A stretch of DNA of 64,000 bases from positions 3,040,001-3,104,000 of the forward strand of contig OY970342.1 of NCBI GenBank assembly GCA_963717505.1. Direction: 5' to 3'. This document shows, piece after piece, positions 49,272 through 58,617 of this stretch. How positions within the stretch are numbered: the first letter of the stretch is position 1; each line of letters begins with the position of its first letter. A program made the position numbers and the translations under genes. The notes below the pieces were generated by a model. That model was given only the letters and a program-made list of their open reading frames with translations, did no database searches and was not told the origin of the DNA. Source of the stretch: Candidatus Eiseniibacteriota bacterium. GTDB lineage: Bacteria; Eisenbacteria; RBG-16-71-46.

Positions 49272-51013
49272 TCTTCTCCGATCCGCGCTGGCTCGCTGCC
49301 CTGTGGGTGGTTCCCGTCGCCCTGGCACTGGTGTTCTGGCTCGACCGGCGAGCGCGGGGCGCTCTGCGCCGGCTGGTCGGCGAGCGCAGCGACGTCTCGC
49401 TGCTCGCGCAGGTGCGGCCGCGCGGACGGATGTGGACGGGCGGCCTGCGGGCACTGGCGATCGGGTTGCTGGTCGTGGGTGCGGCGCGGCCGGAATGGGG
49501 CCGCGAAGTGGTGCGCCGCGCCGCGACCGGCTCGGACGTGGTGCTGGTGGTGGATGTTTCGGCGAGCATGGACGTGCGCGACGTTGCGCCGAGTCGACTC
49601 CACGAAGCGCGGCGTGAAGCGGCCGCGGTGCTCGAGCGGCTGGGCGGAAGTCGCGTCGGGGTCGTGGCCTTCGCCGGCGACGCGGTGCGCCTGTGCCCGC
49701 TGACGCTCGACCGCGCCGCCGCGCGGCTGACGCTCGAATCGCTGTCGAGCTATTCGGTGAGCGCACCGGGCTCCGACCTGGGGCGCGGACTGCGGCTGGC
49801 CGCCCGGATGCTGCCGGCCGGGCGGCGCGAGGAGCAGGCGATCGTGGTTTGGACCGACGGCGAGGATCTCGAAGCCGGCGCGCACGAGGCGGCCGACGAA
49901 CTGGCCGAATCCGGCGTGCGCGTGTTCGCGGTCGGCGTCGGCACGCCGGCCGGGGACGTGGTCCCGGTGCTCGACGAGCAAGGGCGCGTGGTCGACATCA
50001 AGCGCGAGGAGGGTGGGGCCCCTCATCGCAGCCGGCTCGACATCGAGGTGCTGCGCCACGTGGCGCGCCGCACCCGCGGCGCGGTGTTCGCGGCGTCGCG
50101 GCCGGGGGGGGAATTGCCGCGACTGCTGGCGGCTCTGGGCGCGCTGTCTCGTTCGGCCCGCGGCGAGCGCCTGGTCGAACGTCCGGTGGCACGTTTCATG
50201 TGGTTCGCGGCCGCGGCGTTGTTGCTGCTCGCGATCGAACGGGTCGGCTTCCGCCGCCGCCGCGAGGTGGCGAACCGGCTCGAGCCACCCGCCGACGCGG
50301 CGCCGGCAACGCGCCGGATGGCGGCGGGACGAGCTGCGGCCGCGGCGATCGCGGTGGCGTTGCTCGTGCCGGGCGAGACGCACGCCCAGAGCGACTGGGC
50401 GCGCGGCGACCGCGCGTATCGCTCGGGCCGGTTCGCGGAAGCGGACTCGCTCTACACTCGGCGCCTGAGTCGGAAGGAACATCCGTCGGTCCGTCTGAAC
50501 CGAGCGACCTCCCGTGCGCTGGCGCCCAAACCCGAAGGGCGCGCCCGCGGGCTCGAGGAGCTGGATGGGCTCGCCGGTCGCACCGACGCCGTCGGTCCCT
50601 GGGCTGGCTACAATCTCGGCACGCTGCTCGGTGAAGACGGCGAACTCGAGCGAGGACTCGCGACACTCCGGCGTGCGCTCGAGCGGAATCCGGCCGACGA
50701 AGATGCCCGCTGGAACTACGAGGTGCTGCGCCAGCGGCAGGAACGGCAACGCCAGCAGGAGCCGCCGCCGTCGCCACGACCCCAGCAGCCTCAGCCTCAG
50801 CCGCAGGGCTCGCCGCCGCCTACGCCGCCACCGTCGCAGGGCACCCCGCAGCCGGATGTGGCGCCACCGTCACCCGCGCCGCGTCCGATTCAGGGGATGA
50901 GTCGCGAACAGGCCGAGCAGATCCTCGACGCGCTCCAGGAGATGCAGCGCATGGAGCAGCAGCGGCAGCGACGCGTGCGGGTGCTGCAGGAGAAGCGCGG
51001 CCGTGACTGGTAG
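49268..51013 (+). CDS. BatB-BatC fusion (VWA + TPR + P/Q-rich linker)
   Basis: MIFSDP, ARPEWG, DVSASM, TDGED, then TPR (YNLG, ARWNYE), P/Q linker, 'MSREQAEQIL...DW' end. Confidence 0.8.
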   Translation: MIFSDPRWLAALWVVPVALALVFWLDRRARGALRRLVGERSDVSLLAQVRPRGRMWTGGLRALAIGLLVVGAARPEWGREVVRRAATGSDVVLVVDVSASMDVRDVAPSRLHEARREAAAVLERLGGSRVGVVAFAGDAVRLCPLTLDRAAARLTLESLSSYSVSAPGSDLGRGLRLAARMLPAGRREEQAIVVWTDGEDLEAGAHEAADELAESGVRVFAVGVGTPAGDVVPVLDEQGRVVDIKREEGGAPHRSRLDIEVLRHVARRTRGAVFAASRPGGELPRLLAALGALSRSARGERLVERPVARFMWFAAAALLLLAIERVGFRRRREVANRLEPPADAAPATRRMAAGRAAAAAIAVALLVPGETHAQSDWARGDRAYRSGRFAEADSLYTRRLSRKEHPSVRLNRATSRALAPKPEGRARGLEELDGLAGRTDAVGPWAGYNLGTLLGEDGELERGLATLRRALERNPADEDARWNYEVLRQRQERQRQQEPPPSPRPQQPQPQPQGSPPPTPPPSQGTPQPDVAPPSPAPRPIQGMSREQAEQILDALQEMQRMEQQRQRRVRVLQEKRGRDW

Positions 51014-53321
51014 CCGCGGGCGCGCCGGCGTCACGTGCGTGGGAGCGATGCTGGTGGCTCTGCTGGCCGGCGCTCCGCTCGCGCGTGCCGAGGTCGGAAT
51101 CGAGGCGCGCTTCGATCGCAGCACGATCCCGCTCGGCGAGAGCGCGACCCTGATGGTGATCATCAAGGGCAGCAACGCCGCCGAGACGCCCGACTTCCAG
51201 GTTCCCGAGGGATTGGACGCGAACGCGGCCGGCCGATCGCAGAGTTTTTCGTGGGTGAATGGCCGGAGCTCGAGCGAGGTCGCATACCGTTACGAGATCA
51301 TCGGTCGCGCCGAAGGCACGTACACCATTGGCCCGATCCGGGTGCGGGCCGGCGGGCGCACGTACGAGTTGGAGGCGATGCGCCTGCAGGTGGTGTCGGC
51401 CCCGGCCCCGACCTCGTCGCCGCGATCACCGGCGGCCGGAGATCCGTACGCGGATCTCAGAGTGGATGTCAGTCCGGCGCAACCCTATGTGGGTCAGCCG
51501 GTGATCCTGCGCGTGCGCCTGGTCCAGTCGGCGCCGCTGGCCGACGATCCACGCTACACGCCGCCCTCGACCACCGGATTCTGGGGAGAGCGGCCGAGTG
51601 CTCCCGAGTCGTACTACGGGGAGGTGAATGGGAGTCGGGTGCTGGTGACCGAAACCCGCAGCCGGCTCTATCCCCTCGAGACCGGTGTTCAGACCGTTGG
51701 GCCGGCTTCGGCGATCATCGTGCTCCATAGCGGCGCCTCGCGTCTCGATCCGTTCGGCTGGTTCGGCGGCGCCCGCCGGGCGATGGAGCTGAGCAGTGAT
51801 TCCTTCCGGGTTCGCGTGCGGGCGCTCCCCGCCGGTGCCCCCGAGAGTCATTCCGGCGCTGTCGGACGGTTCGAAGTGGCGTGGAACGCCGACGCCGGGC
51901 GCGTGACCCAGGACCAGCCGATCACGGTCCGACTCGAGGTGCGCGGCAATGGCAACCTGCCGCTGTTGCGCCCGCCGATCCTCAGCGACGAAGATTTCGA
52001 CGTCCTGCCGCCGGTCCTGGACGACAGCCTGGCGGCTCCCGGTTCGCTCGAGTCCGGACGGCGCACCTTCCGCTGGACGCTGCTGGCGCGCCGCTCGGGA
52101 TCGTTGACGATGCCGTCGCCACACTGGAGCTGGTTCGATCCGTCGTCCGGGCAGTACCGCACACTGGACCTCGAACCCCTGCGCTTCGAGGTCGGGCCCG
52201 CGACGTCGCGCGCCGAAGATCCCGGAGCGCGCTGGCCGGCAGTGTTCGTGGAGCATCCGCTCGATCCGTGGCGGCGCCCGGCGAACCCGTGGTTGGCCCT
52301 GATCGCCGGGGCGTTGATCGGCGCTTCGGTGTGGCGGGTGCGGTCCAGCCAGCCGGCCTCGACCGATCGCGAAGCCGTTGCGCGGCGCGGCGCGCTGTCG
52401 GCGGCACTCGGACGTGCGCGTGGCTCGGAGTACTGGTCGGCCGCCGATCAGGCGTTGGCGTGGTTGCGCGCTCGCGGGCGGCCCGAGGTCGAACTCGAGC
52501 GTGTGGTTGCTGCGGCGCGCTACGGACGTGAAGCGGGTTCGCATCAGCAGGTGAACGATGCCCTGAAGCAGGCGCTGGCTCGCGCGATCCCCGGGAGTGG
52601 CGGCCGCGCGTTGCAGGTGGCTCTGGGGGTTGGCCTCGCGGCCTGTGGTTTGGCGGCGGTGGTTTTCGCTTCACCGTGGCCGGGCACCGGACGCGGTCGC
52701 GATCTGGCGATCGCGGCCGATCGCCTGGCCCAGTCGGGTGACCTCGGCCGTGCCGAGCGTGCATGGGACGAAATGTGGCGGAGCGGATCGCGATCCCCCG
52801 GGCTCGCGGCGCGCCGCGCGTGGGGCGAGCTGGCGGCCGGTCAGGTGGCCGCGGCCTCGGCGTGGATTCTGCGCGGCGAAGCGACCGGCGAGCCGGACCG
52901 CTCCCTGGCCTGGGTGCGCGAACGCGTGCGCGAGGCGGGCGGGCTGGCCGGGACGTCGGCGTCCGTCTTGCCCCTGGGGGCACTGGTGTGGTCGGGGGCA
53001 GCCTTGCTCTTTCTCGTGATGGCGGGCGTGTGGCGTTCACCCCGTGCCGCGCTCGCCTGTATCACCGCCGGGGTGCTGTGCGCCGCGGCGCCGGATCTCG
53101 GCCAGGTCTGGCGGTCGCGCGAACCCCGCGCCGTGGTGGTGCGCGAGGTCGGACTCGAGGGCACGGCTTTGTCGCTCGAACCGGGGCGTGTCGTGGTCGT
53201 CCGGCAGCGTTCGGGCGAGCGCGCGCAGGTGCGCGCCGGTCGCGGCGTCGAGGGCTGGGTGCGCGCCGATCACCTGCTCTCGCTCGAGCCTGCTCGAGTC
53301 GACGCCAAGGAGCCGGGGTGA
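51003..53321 (+). CDS. BatD-like protein fused to a BatE-like TPR/SH3 region
   Basis: Signal peptide, YVGQPV, GAVGRF, GNGNL, WFDP..GQY; C-terminal 'EGWV' SH3-like end. Confidence 0.75.
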   Translation: MTGSRGRAGVTCVGAMLVALLAGAPLARAEVGIEARFDRSTIPLGESATLMVIIKGSNAAETPDFQVPEGLDANAAGRSQSFSWVNGRSSSEVAYRYEIIGRAEGTYTIGPIRVRAGGRTYELEAMRLQVVSAPAPTSSPRSPAAGDPYADLRVDVSPAQPYVGQPVILRVRLVQSAPLADDPRYTPPSTTGFWGERPSAPESYYGEVNGSRVLVTETRSRLYPLETGVQTVGPASAIIVLHSGASRLDPFGWFGGARRAMELSSDSFRVRVRALPAGAPESHSGAVGRFEVAWNADAGRVTQDQPITVRLEVRGNGNLPLLRPPILSDEDFDVLPPVLDDSLAAPGSLESGRRTFRWTLLARRSGSLTMPSPHWSWFDPSSGQYRTLDLEPLRFEVGPATSRAEDPGARWPAVFVEHPLDPWRRPANPWLALIAGALIGASVWRVRSSQPASTDREAVARRGALSAALGRARGSEYWSAADQALAWLRARGRPEVELERVVAAARYGREAGSHQQVNDALKQALARAIPGSGGRALQVALGVGLAACGLAAVVFASPWPGTGRGRDLAIAADRLAQSGDLGRAERAWDEMWRSGSRSPGLAARRAWGELAAGQVAAASAWILRGEATGEPDRSLAWVRERVREAGGLAGTSASVLPLGALVWSGAALLFLVMAGVWRSPRAALACITAGVLCAAAPDLGQVWRSREPRAVVVREVGLEGTALSLEPGRVVVVRQRSGERAQVRAGRGVEGWVRADHLLSLEPARVDAKEPG

Positions 53322-53872
53322 AAACCCTCCTGCTCGCGATCGCCCTGCTCGGTCCAATCGAGGCGCTGGATCGCGGGATTCAGGACTGGGTGCAGCAGCA
53401 CACGCGCCCGGGATTGGATCGACCGGCGCGCATGCTGACGGACGTCGGTCGCCCCTGGATCCTGGCCGGCACGCTGGCGGGAATTGCGCTGTTCGATCGA
53501 ACGGCCGGCGTGGCCACCGCCGGCCGCGCCTTGATGGTGCTGGTTCCGACCAACCTCGCGGTGGAGGGGCTCAAGCGGCTCACGTTCCGCGCGCGACCGG
53601 ACGGCGAACGCAAGCGCTCGAACGCCTCGTTCCCTTCGAGCCACGCGGGCAACGCGTTTGCGATCGCCGCGGTTCTGGCCGGGCGCTGGCGCCGATGGGC
53701 GCCTGGGTTCTACGCCTTCGCCACCGGAGTCGCGTTGTCGCGAATGGTCCTCAATCGCCACTATTTCACGGACGTCCTGGCGGGCGCTGCGATCGGGCTC
53801 GGCTCGGCCTGGCTCGTGGACCGATTCCTCGCCGCGCGCGCCGCCCGCCGGGCTGCGAAGCCATCCGGGTAG
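53318..53872 (+). CDS. PAP2-family phosphatase
   Basis: KRLTFRARP, SFPSSH, SRMVLNRHYFTD. Confidence 0.88.
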   Translation: MKTLLLAIALLGPIEALDRGIQDWVQQHTRPGLDRPARMLTDVGRPWILAGTLAGIALFDRTAGVATAGRALMVLVPTNLAVEGLKRLTFRARPDGERKRSNASFPSSHAGNAFAIAAVLAGRWRRWAPGFYAFATGVALSRMVLNRHYFTDVLAGAAIGLGSAWLVDRFLAARAARRAAKPSG

Positions 53873-53920
53873 CCGCCACCACCACCGGTCTGATAAGGTG
53901 CGCACGGCGGAGGATTGCCG

Positions 53921-54388
53921 ATGTCGACTTCGACCGGCCCTGCAGTTCTCGACACCTCGCTCGCCATCCCGGAACTCAGGCTGAAGCGCAAAGACGCCGC
54001 ACTGCAGGAGATCGTGGATCGCGTACGCGATCCCGCGGCCCTGGGTGATGCCGGTTTGCTCCTCGAGACGCTGCTGCTCCGCGAACGACTGGGCTCGACC
54101 GCAGTCGGCAAGGGGGTGGCGCTGCCGAACGCCCGCTCGATCGCGGTGCCCGAACCCCGGCTGGTGGTCGCGCGCTCCTTCCGCGGTATCGACTGGCGGG
54201 CACCCGACGGGGCCGACGTCGAGCTGGTGTTCCTGGTGTTGTCGCCGGCCGAGTGGTCGGTGGAAATGCACCATGAGCAGCTGGGGCGCGCCGCCACGTT
54301 CGCCCGGCTTCAGCGCAACCGGCAGCGCGTGCTCGAAGCACCGGACGCCGAAGCCATGGTGTCGGTGGTGCGGGAGATCGCGCCATGA
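53921..54388 (+). CDS. PTS EIIA (Ntr/Fru-type) domain protein lacking the phospho-His
   Basis: RERLGSTAVGKGVALPNAR (canonical GxAxPHAR), GIDW.APDG, LVFL; GGAGG SD. Confidence 0.82.
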   Translation: MSTSTGPAVLDTSLAIPELRLKRKDAALQEIVDRVRDPAALGDAGLLLETLLLRERLGSTAVGKGVALPNARSIAVPEPRLVVARSFRGIDWRAPDGADVELVFLVLSPAEWSVEMHHEQLGRAATFARLQRNRQRVLEAPDAEAMVSVVREIAP

Positions 54389-54416
54389 GTCGGACCGAAC
54401 CCCGGATGGAGATCCG

Positions 54417-54752
54417 ATGAGCGTCGGCGACATCCTGAGGCTCCACGATGTCCACCTGCTCGAAGGTGAGCTGGGGGACGGTCCCGCGGTGTCGCGCCTG
54501 CGCAAGCTCGGGCTGACGATCGCCCCCCATCGCGACGTCGAGCGGGTGCGCGAACGGTGCCTGGCCGCGATCGACCCGCGCTGGCGGACGCTCTACGAAC
54601 GCGCTCATCGCCGATACGGACGGGGCGTGGTCGCGGTGCGCGACCGGGTTTGTCAGGGCTGTCGGGTGACACTACCGACCTCGGCGGCGCCGTCGGGCCC
54701 CGGCCTGCTGACCCAGTGCGAGTCCTGCGGGCGCGTCCTCTATTGGCGCTAG
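54417..54752 (+). CDS. C4-type zinc-ribbon protein (CT398/HP0958-like, short)
   Basis: LYER....G.GVV....CQGC...CESCGRVLY. Confidence 0.8.
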   Translation: MSVGDILRLHDVHLLEGELGDGPAVSRLRKLGLTIAPHRDVERVRERCLAAIDPRWRTLYERAHRRYGRGVVAVRDRVCQGCRVTLPTSAAPSGPGLLTQCESCGRVLYWR

Positions 54753-54837
54753 CCGGCACGCCCGGCCCCTCGCTCTGCTATGCTCGACCGGTCACCGGGC
54801 AACCCAGAACCCGGCCGGGAGCCTCCAAGGAGAACCC

Positions 54838-55257
54838 ATGCGTCATCGCCGAGGGCCGCGAATCCTGCTCGCGGCGCTCTGGATCGCGGGCTCGGGCTGC
54901 ACCTCGCTGCGCGAGATCCCGCCGAGCGACTACGCGGCACAGGAAGAACGCAAGCACGTGCGGGTCGAAACCCGCGAAGGGTTGCAGTACGAGTTCGACT
55001 ACATGCGCGTCGAGGGAGACTCGCTGGTCGGGTTCCGGCGCCAGGACGTTGAAGGCTCGTTCGACGAGTTCGCGACCCTGCGCATGTCGTTCGACAACGT
55101 TCAGAAACTCTCGAGCCGTGGCGTGGATTGGTATCGGACCGGTCTCGTGGGAGGCGGCGTGCTGGCCGCGGTGCTGATCGCCGGGCTGAGCGCGGCGATG
55201 GCCTCTGATGACGGCGAATCCGACGGTGGTCCGGGCAAGCCGCCCGACCCTAGGTGA
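54838..55257 (+). CDS. Hypothetical lipoprotein with C-terminal TM
   Basis: AAGGAG SD, basic N-terminus + hydrophobic stretch + GSGC lipobox-like motif; extended -10 TGcTATGCT at 54776-54784. Confidence 0.65.
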   Translation: MRHRRGPRILLAALWIAGSGCTSLREIPPSDYAAQEERKHVRVETREGLQYEFDYMRVEGDSLVGFRRQDVEGSFDEFATLRMSFDNVQKLSSRGVDWYRTGLVGGGVLAAVLIAGLSAAMASDDGESDGGPGKPPDPR

Positions 55258-55284
55258 TGGGTTCGGCCGGGAGGAGCTGCCGGT

Positions 55285-55650
55285 TCATCGGGTGAGCAGG
55301 TCGGTGATGGCCGCTGAGGCCAGGCCACCGAGGCACGAAGCGGTCAGGTCGAGGGCGTCGAATCTGCCGTTCCGCGCATCCCAGAGTTCCTTGGCGACGC
55401 CGAGTGTGACCGAGCCGACGAGCGCCGCCCCCGGCGAGCGTGAGGGCAGGCCGATCATCGAGCCCGCAGTGAATCCCATGGTGCCATGTTGCATTCGGTC
55501 GGGACGCAGGAGACCGACCTGCCACGACCGCACCAACGGATCCGGGAAGGGTGGTGGCAGGCTGGGGCCGTCCTCGGCCGCCGCCGGCAGAGCACCCGAG
55601 AAGCACAGTGCCAGGAGAGCGAACCGCCATCGCCAGGATCCGACCTTCAT
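55285..55650 (-). CDS. YfiM-like small exported/membrane protein
   Basis: GGAGG SD on the minus strand, signal peptide, 'DRMQH...GVAKELWD....FDALDL' typical of the DKxxH/KExxD family. Confidence 0.7.
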   Translation of the reverse strand: MKVGSWRWRFALLALCFSGALPAAAEDGPSLPPPFPDPLVRSWQVGLLRPDRMQHGTMGFTAGSMIGLPSRSPGAALVGSVTLGVAKELWDARNGRFDALDLTASCLGGLASAAITDLLTR

Positions 55651-55683
55651 CGTGGTTCCTCCGTGTCCCTCGGTATCGGCGCG

Positions 55684-57120
55684 ATGACGCCGCTTCGTGA
55701 GTGGCTGAGCCGGGTGCTGATCGGCGACGATCCACGCGCCGCGACCGCGCGCGCGGCCGCGCGTCTGAGTGCCACCGCCTGGCCGGCCGGGACGCTCGAA
55801 GTGCTCGGGCGATTGCGGGCCGAGGAGGGCCAAGCCTACCTGGTGGGCGGCACAGTGCGTGACGCGCTGCTCGATCGCGAGGCGCATGCGACCGTGGACG
55901 TTGCGACCGACCGAACCCCGGCCCAGGTACTGGCGCTCTTCGCTCGCGTCGAGCCGGTCGGTATCCGCCACGGGACGGTGCTGATCCTCGAAGGATCTCT
56001 CAAGGTCGAGTGCACGACCTTCCGCCGGGAGTCGGGCTACGCCGATGCCCGCCATCCGGACGCGGTCCTGTTCACGCACGACCCGATCGAGGATCTGTCA
56101 CGACGCGACCTGACGGTGAACGCGATGGCCTGGGACCCGGAGGCGCGCCGGCTGCTCGATCCGCACGGCGGTGCACTCGATCTCGAGCGCCGCGTGTTGC
56201 GCGCGGTCGGGGATCCCGAGCGGCGTTTCCGCGAGGACGCGCTCCGCCCGCTGCGGGTGGCGCGCCTGGCGGCGACCCTCGGGCTCGAGCCGGAACCCGA
56301 GACGCGAGCCGCCCTCGGCCGCGTGCTCGATCGCGCGCGGCGCATTGCCTGGGAGCGCGTCGGGCAGGAGCTGGATCGCATGATGCGCGCACCCCGGCCT
56401 TCGGTCGGCTTCGAGCTGCTGCGCGAGTCGGACCTGCTCGCCCTTTGGTTGCCCGAGCTGGCCCGCTGCGCCGGCGTGCCGCAGAATCGCTGGCACGCGT
56501 TCGACGTCTATCAACACTCGCTGCGCGTGTGCGACGCGGCGCCGCCCGAGAAGCCGCGCGTGCGCTGGGCCGCCCTGCTGCACGACATCGGCAAGCCCGA
56601 CACGCGCGTCGAGCGCGACGGGGAAGGCACCTTCTATCAGCATCAGGTGGTGGGCGCCGAGCTCGCCGATCGCGCGCTCCGCCGGCTCCGGCACCCGGCA
56701 TCCGAGCGCGAGGCGATCGTCCACCTGGTGCGCGAGCACATGTTCGAGTTCCGCTCGGCATGGAGCGACGCTGCGCTCCGCCGCTGGCTGCGCCGCGTCG
56801 GGATCGACGCGGTCGCCGATCTGTTCGACCTGCGCATCGCGGACGCTCTGGGCAAGACCGAGCACGCCGTGTTCCCGGCGGATCTCGAGCGCATGCGGGC
56901 ACGCATCGAGCAACTGCTGGCCGCGTCGTCGGCGCTCGACGTGGCCGACCTCGCGATCGACGGCCGCGACGTCATGCGGGTGCTCGGCGTGCCGCCGGGG
57001 CCGGCGGTCGGCCGGGTGTTGGAGTCGTTGCTGCACGAGGTGCTCGAGCACCCGGAACTCAATCAACGCGAGCGTCTCATCGCGCGCCTCGACGCGATGC
57101 GCATCGCGGTCAGTTCTTGA
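55684..57120 (+). CDS. cca: Class II tRNA nucleotidyltransferase (CCA-adding/PolyA_pol family) with HD domain
   Basis: LVGGTVRD, RRDLTVNAM, FREDALR, ERVGQE, LLHDIGKP. Confidence 0.88.
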   Translation: MTPLREWLSRVLIGDDPRAATARAAARLSATAWPAGTLEVLGRLRAEEGQAYLVGGTVRDALLDREAHATVDVATDRTPAQVLALFARVEPVGIRHGTVLILEGSLKVECTTFRRESGYADARHPDAVLFTHDPIEDLSRRDLTVNAMAWDPEARRLLDPHGGALDLERRVLRAVGDPERRFREDALRPLRVARLAATLGLEPEPETRAALGRVLDRARRIAWERVGQELDRMMRAPRPSVGFELLRESDLLALWLPELARCAGVPQNRWHAFDVYQHSLRVCDAAPPEKPRVRWAALLHDIGKPDTRVERDGEGTFYQHQVVGAELADRALRRLRHPASEREAIVHLVREHMFEFRSAWSDAALRRWLRRVGIDAVADLFDLRIADALGKTEHAVFPADLERMRARIEQLLAASSALDVADLAIDGRDVMRVLGVPPGPAVGRVLESLLHEVLEHPELNQRERLIARLDAMRIAVSS

Positions 57121-57146
57121 CAGTGTTCGCAACCGACCCGTATCCT
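57117..57146 (+). promoter_or_regulatory. sigma70 promoter upstream of the polyprenyl synthase
   Basis: TTGACA (57117-57122), 18 nt, TATCCT (57141-57146). Confidence 0.65.
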
Positions 57147-57197
57147 GCGTCGCCGCAAATGCGCGATGGATCCCCGATCCGCCTCCCGGAGTCCTTG

Positions 57198-58199
57198 ATG
57201 ACCCTGTCGGCCGTGCAAAAGCCCGTCCGCCGCGAGCTCGGGCAGGTGCAGGCACTGCTTCGTTCCTCGTTCCAGACGCCGATTCCGCTGATGAACCAGG
57301 TCGGCGGTCACGTGCTGGCGACCCGGGGCAAGAAGTTCCGCCCGACCCTGCTGCTCCTGGTGGCCAAGGCACGTGGCGCCATGAGCGATGATGCCGTGCG
57401 CTGCGCGACGGTGATCGAACTGGTGCACGCCGCCTCGCTGATCCACGACGATTCGGTGGATCGCAGCGCACTCCGCCACGGCCAGCCGACCGTGAACGGC
57501 ATGTGGAGCGACGAGATGGCGATCATCATGGGCGACTACCTCTACGCCCAGGCGATGGCGATCCTGGTGCGCCACAAGCTCGGGCTGGCGATGGAAGTCA
57601 TGGCTCGGGTGGTGGCCGAGATGTCGTGTGGCGAGGCGCTCGAGTTCCAGCACGTCCGCGACTTCGAGATCACCGAGGCTCGCTACGAGGAGATCCTGCG
57701 CGCCAAGACCGGATCGCTGATCGCCGCCGCTACCGAGATCGGCGCCGGCCTGAATGGCGGTGCGCGTTCGCCGCGGGTGCGCGAGCGATTCCGGCGCTTC
57801 GGCGAGGCGCTGGGCGTCGCATTCCAGATTGCCGACGACCTGCTCGACTGGCAGGGGGATCCGCAGGTGACCGGCAAGTCGGTCGGCTCGGACCTCGACG
57901 AGGGCAAGGTGACGCTGCCGCTGATCGCGGCCCTGCGCGCGGCCACCGCCGCGGACCGCCGCGCGATGCTCAAGCTCGCCCGCCGCCGGCATCGCTCGCC
58001 GGATCAATGGCGCGAGTTGATCGAGCGGATCGAGCGTGCGGGCGGTTTCGCGTATGCGCGCGCGCGTGCCGATCAGCTCGCCGACGAGGCGCGCACGCTG
58101 GGCAACGGCGAATGGACGCCGGCGCCGCGCGGCGCCGCGGCCGACGCGCGCCGTGCGCTGGTCCGCGCGATCGGCTACGCCGCGCGGCGCGACCGTTGA
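57198..58199 (+). CDS. ispB: trans-polyprenyl diphosphate synthase (IspB/HepT-like)
   Basis: GKKFRP, HDDSVD (FARM), GDYL, KTG, FQIADDLLD (SARM), GKVTLP. Confidence 0.9.
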   Translation: MTLSAVQKPVRRELGQVQALLRSSFQTPIPLMNQVGGHVLATRGKKFRPTLLLLVAKARGAMSDDAVRCATVIELVHAASLIHDDSVDRSALRHGQPTVNGMWSDEMAIIMGDYLYAQAMAILVRHKLGLAMEVMARVVAEMSCGEALEFQHVRDFEITEARYEEILRAKTGSLIAAATEIGAGLNGGARSPRVRERFRRFGEALGVAFQIADDLLDWQGDPQVTGKSVGSDLDEGKVTLPLIAALRAATAADRRAMLKLARRRHRSPDQWRELIERIERAGGFAYARARADQLADEARTLGNGEWTPAPRGAAADARRALVRAIGYAARRDR

Positions 58200-58233
58200 C
58201 CCGCCGCGCATGCGGCGAGCGGAGGTCGCAACC

Positions 58234-58617
58234 ATGACTCGGCCCCGGCCCCAGCCGTCCCTGGCGGCGCTCGAGCTGCTGCAGGCCGCGGCGGAAACCG
58301 CGATCGCCAAGAAGGCGGCCGATCCGGTCGCTCTCGACCTGCGGGACGTCGGCGGTGTTTGCGACTACTTCTTCATCTGTTCGGGCAGCAGCGAGGTTCA
58401 GGTCAAGGCGATCGCCGAAGCGATCGAGGACCGGCTGCGCGAACGCGGAGCGCGCCCGTGGCACGTCGAAGGACTGGAGAGCCGGCGCTGGGTGCTCCTC
58501 GACTATGTCGAGGTCGTCGTCCACGTCTTCCACGCGCGTACGCGCGAGTACTACATGCTCGATCGCCTTTGGGGCGACGCCCGGAGCGTTCCGCTTGATC
58601 TGGACCTCGCTGACTGA
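58234..58617 (+). CDS. rsfS: Ribosome silencing factor
   Basis: KKA.D...LDL...DYF.ICSG.S..QVKAIA, WVLLDY, R.YY.L..LWGD. Confidence 0.95.
   Translation: MTRPRPQPSLAALELLQAAAETAIAKKAADPVALDLRDVGGVCDYFFICSGSSEVQVKAIAEAIEDRLRERGARPWHVEGLESRRWVLLDYVEVVVHVFHARTREYYMLDRLWGDARSVPLDLDLAD

Noticed and set aside
50740-50890. Low-complexity CAG/CCG-rich stretch
   Set aside because: Encodes the ordinary Pro/Gln linker of BatC-like proteins; not an array or mobile repeat.
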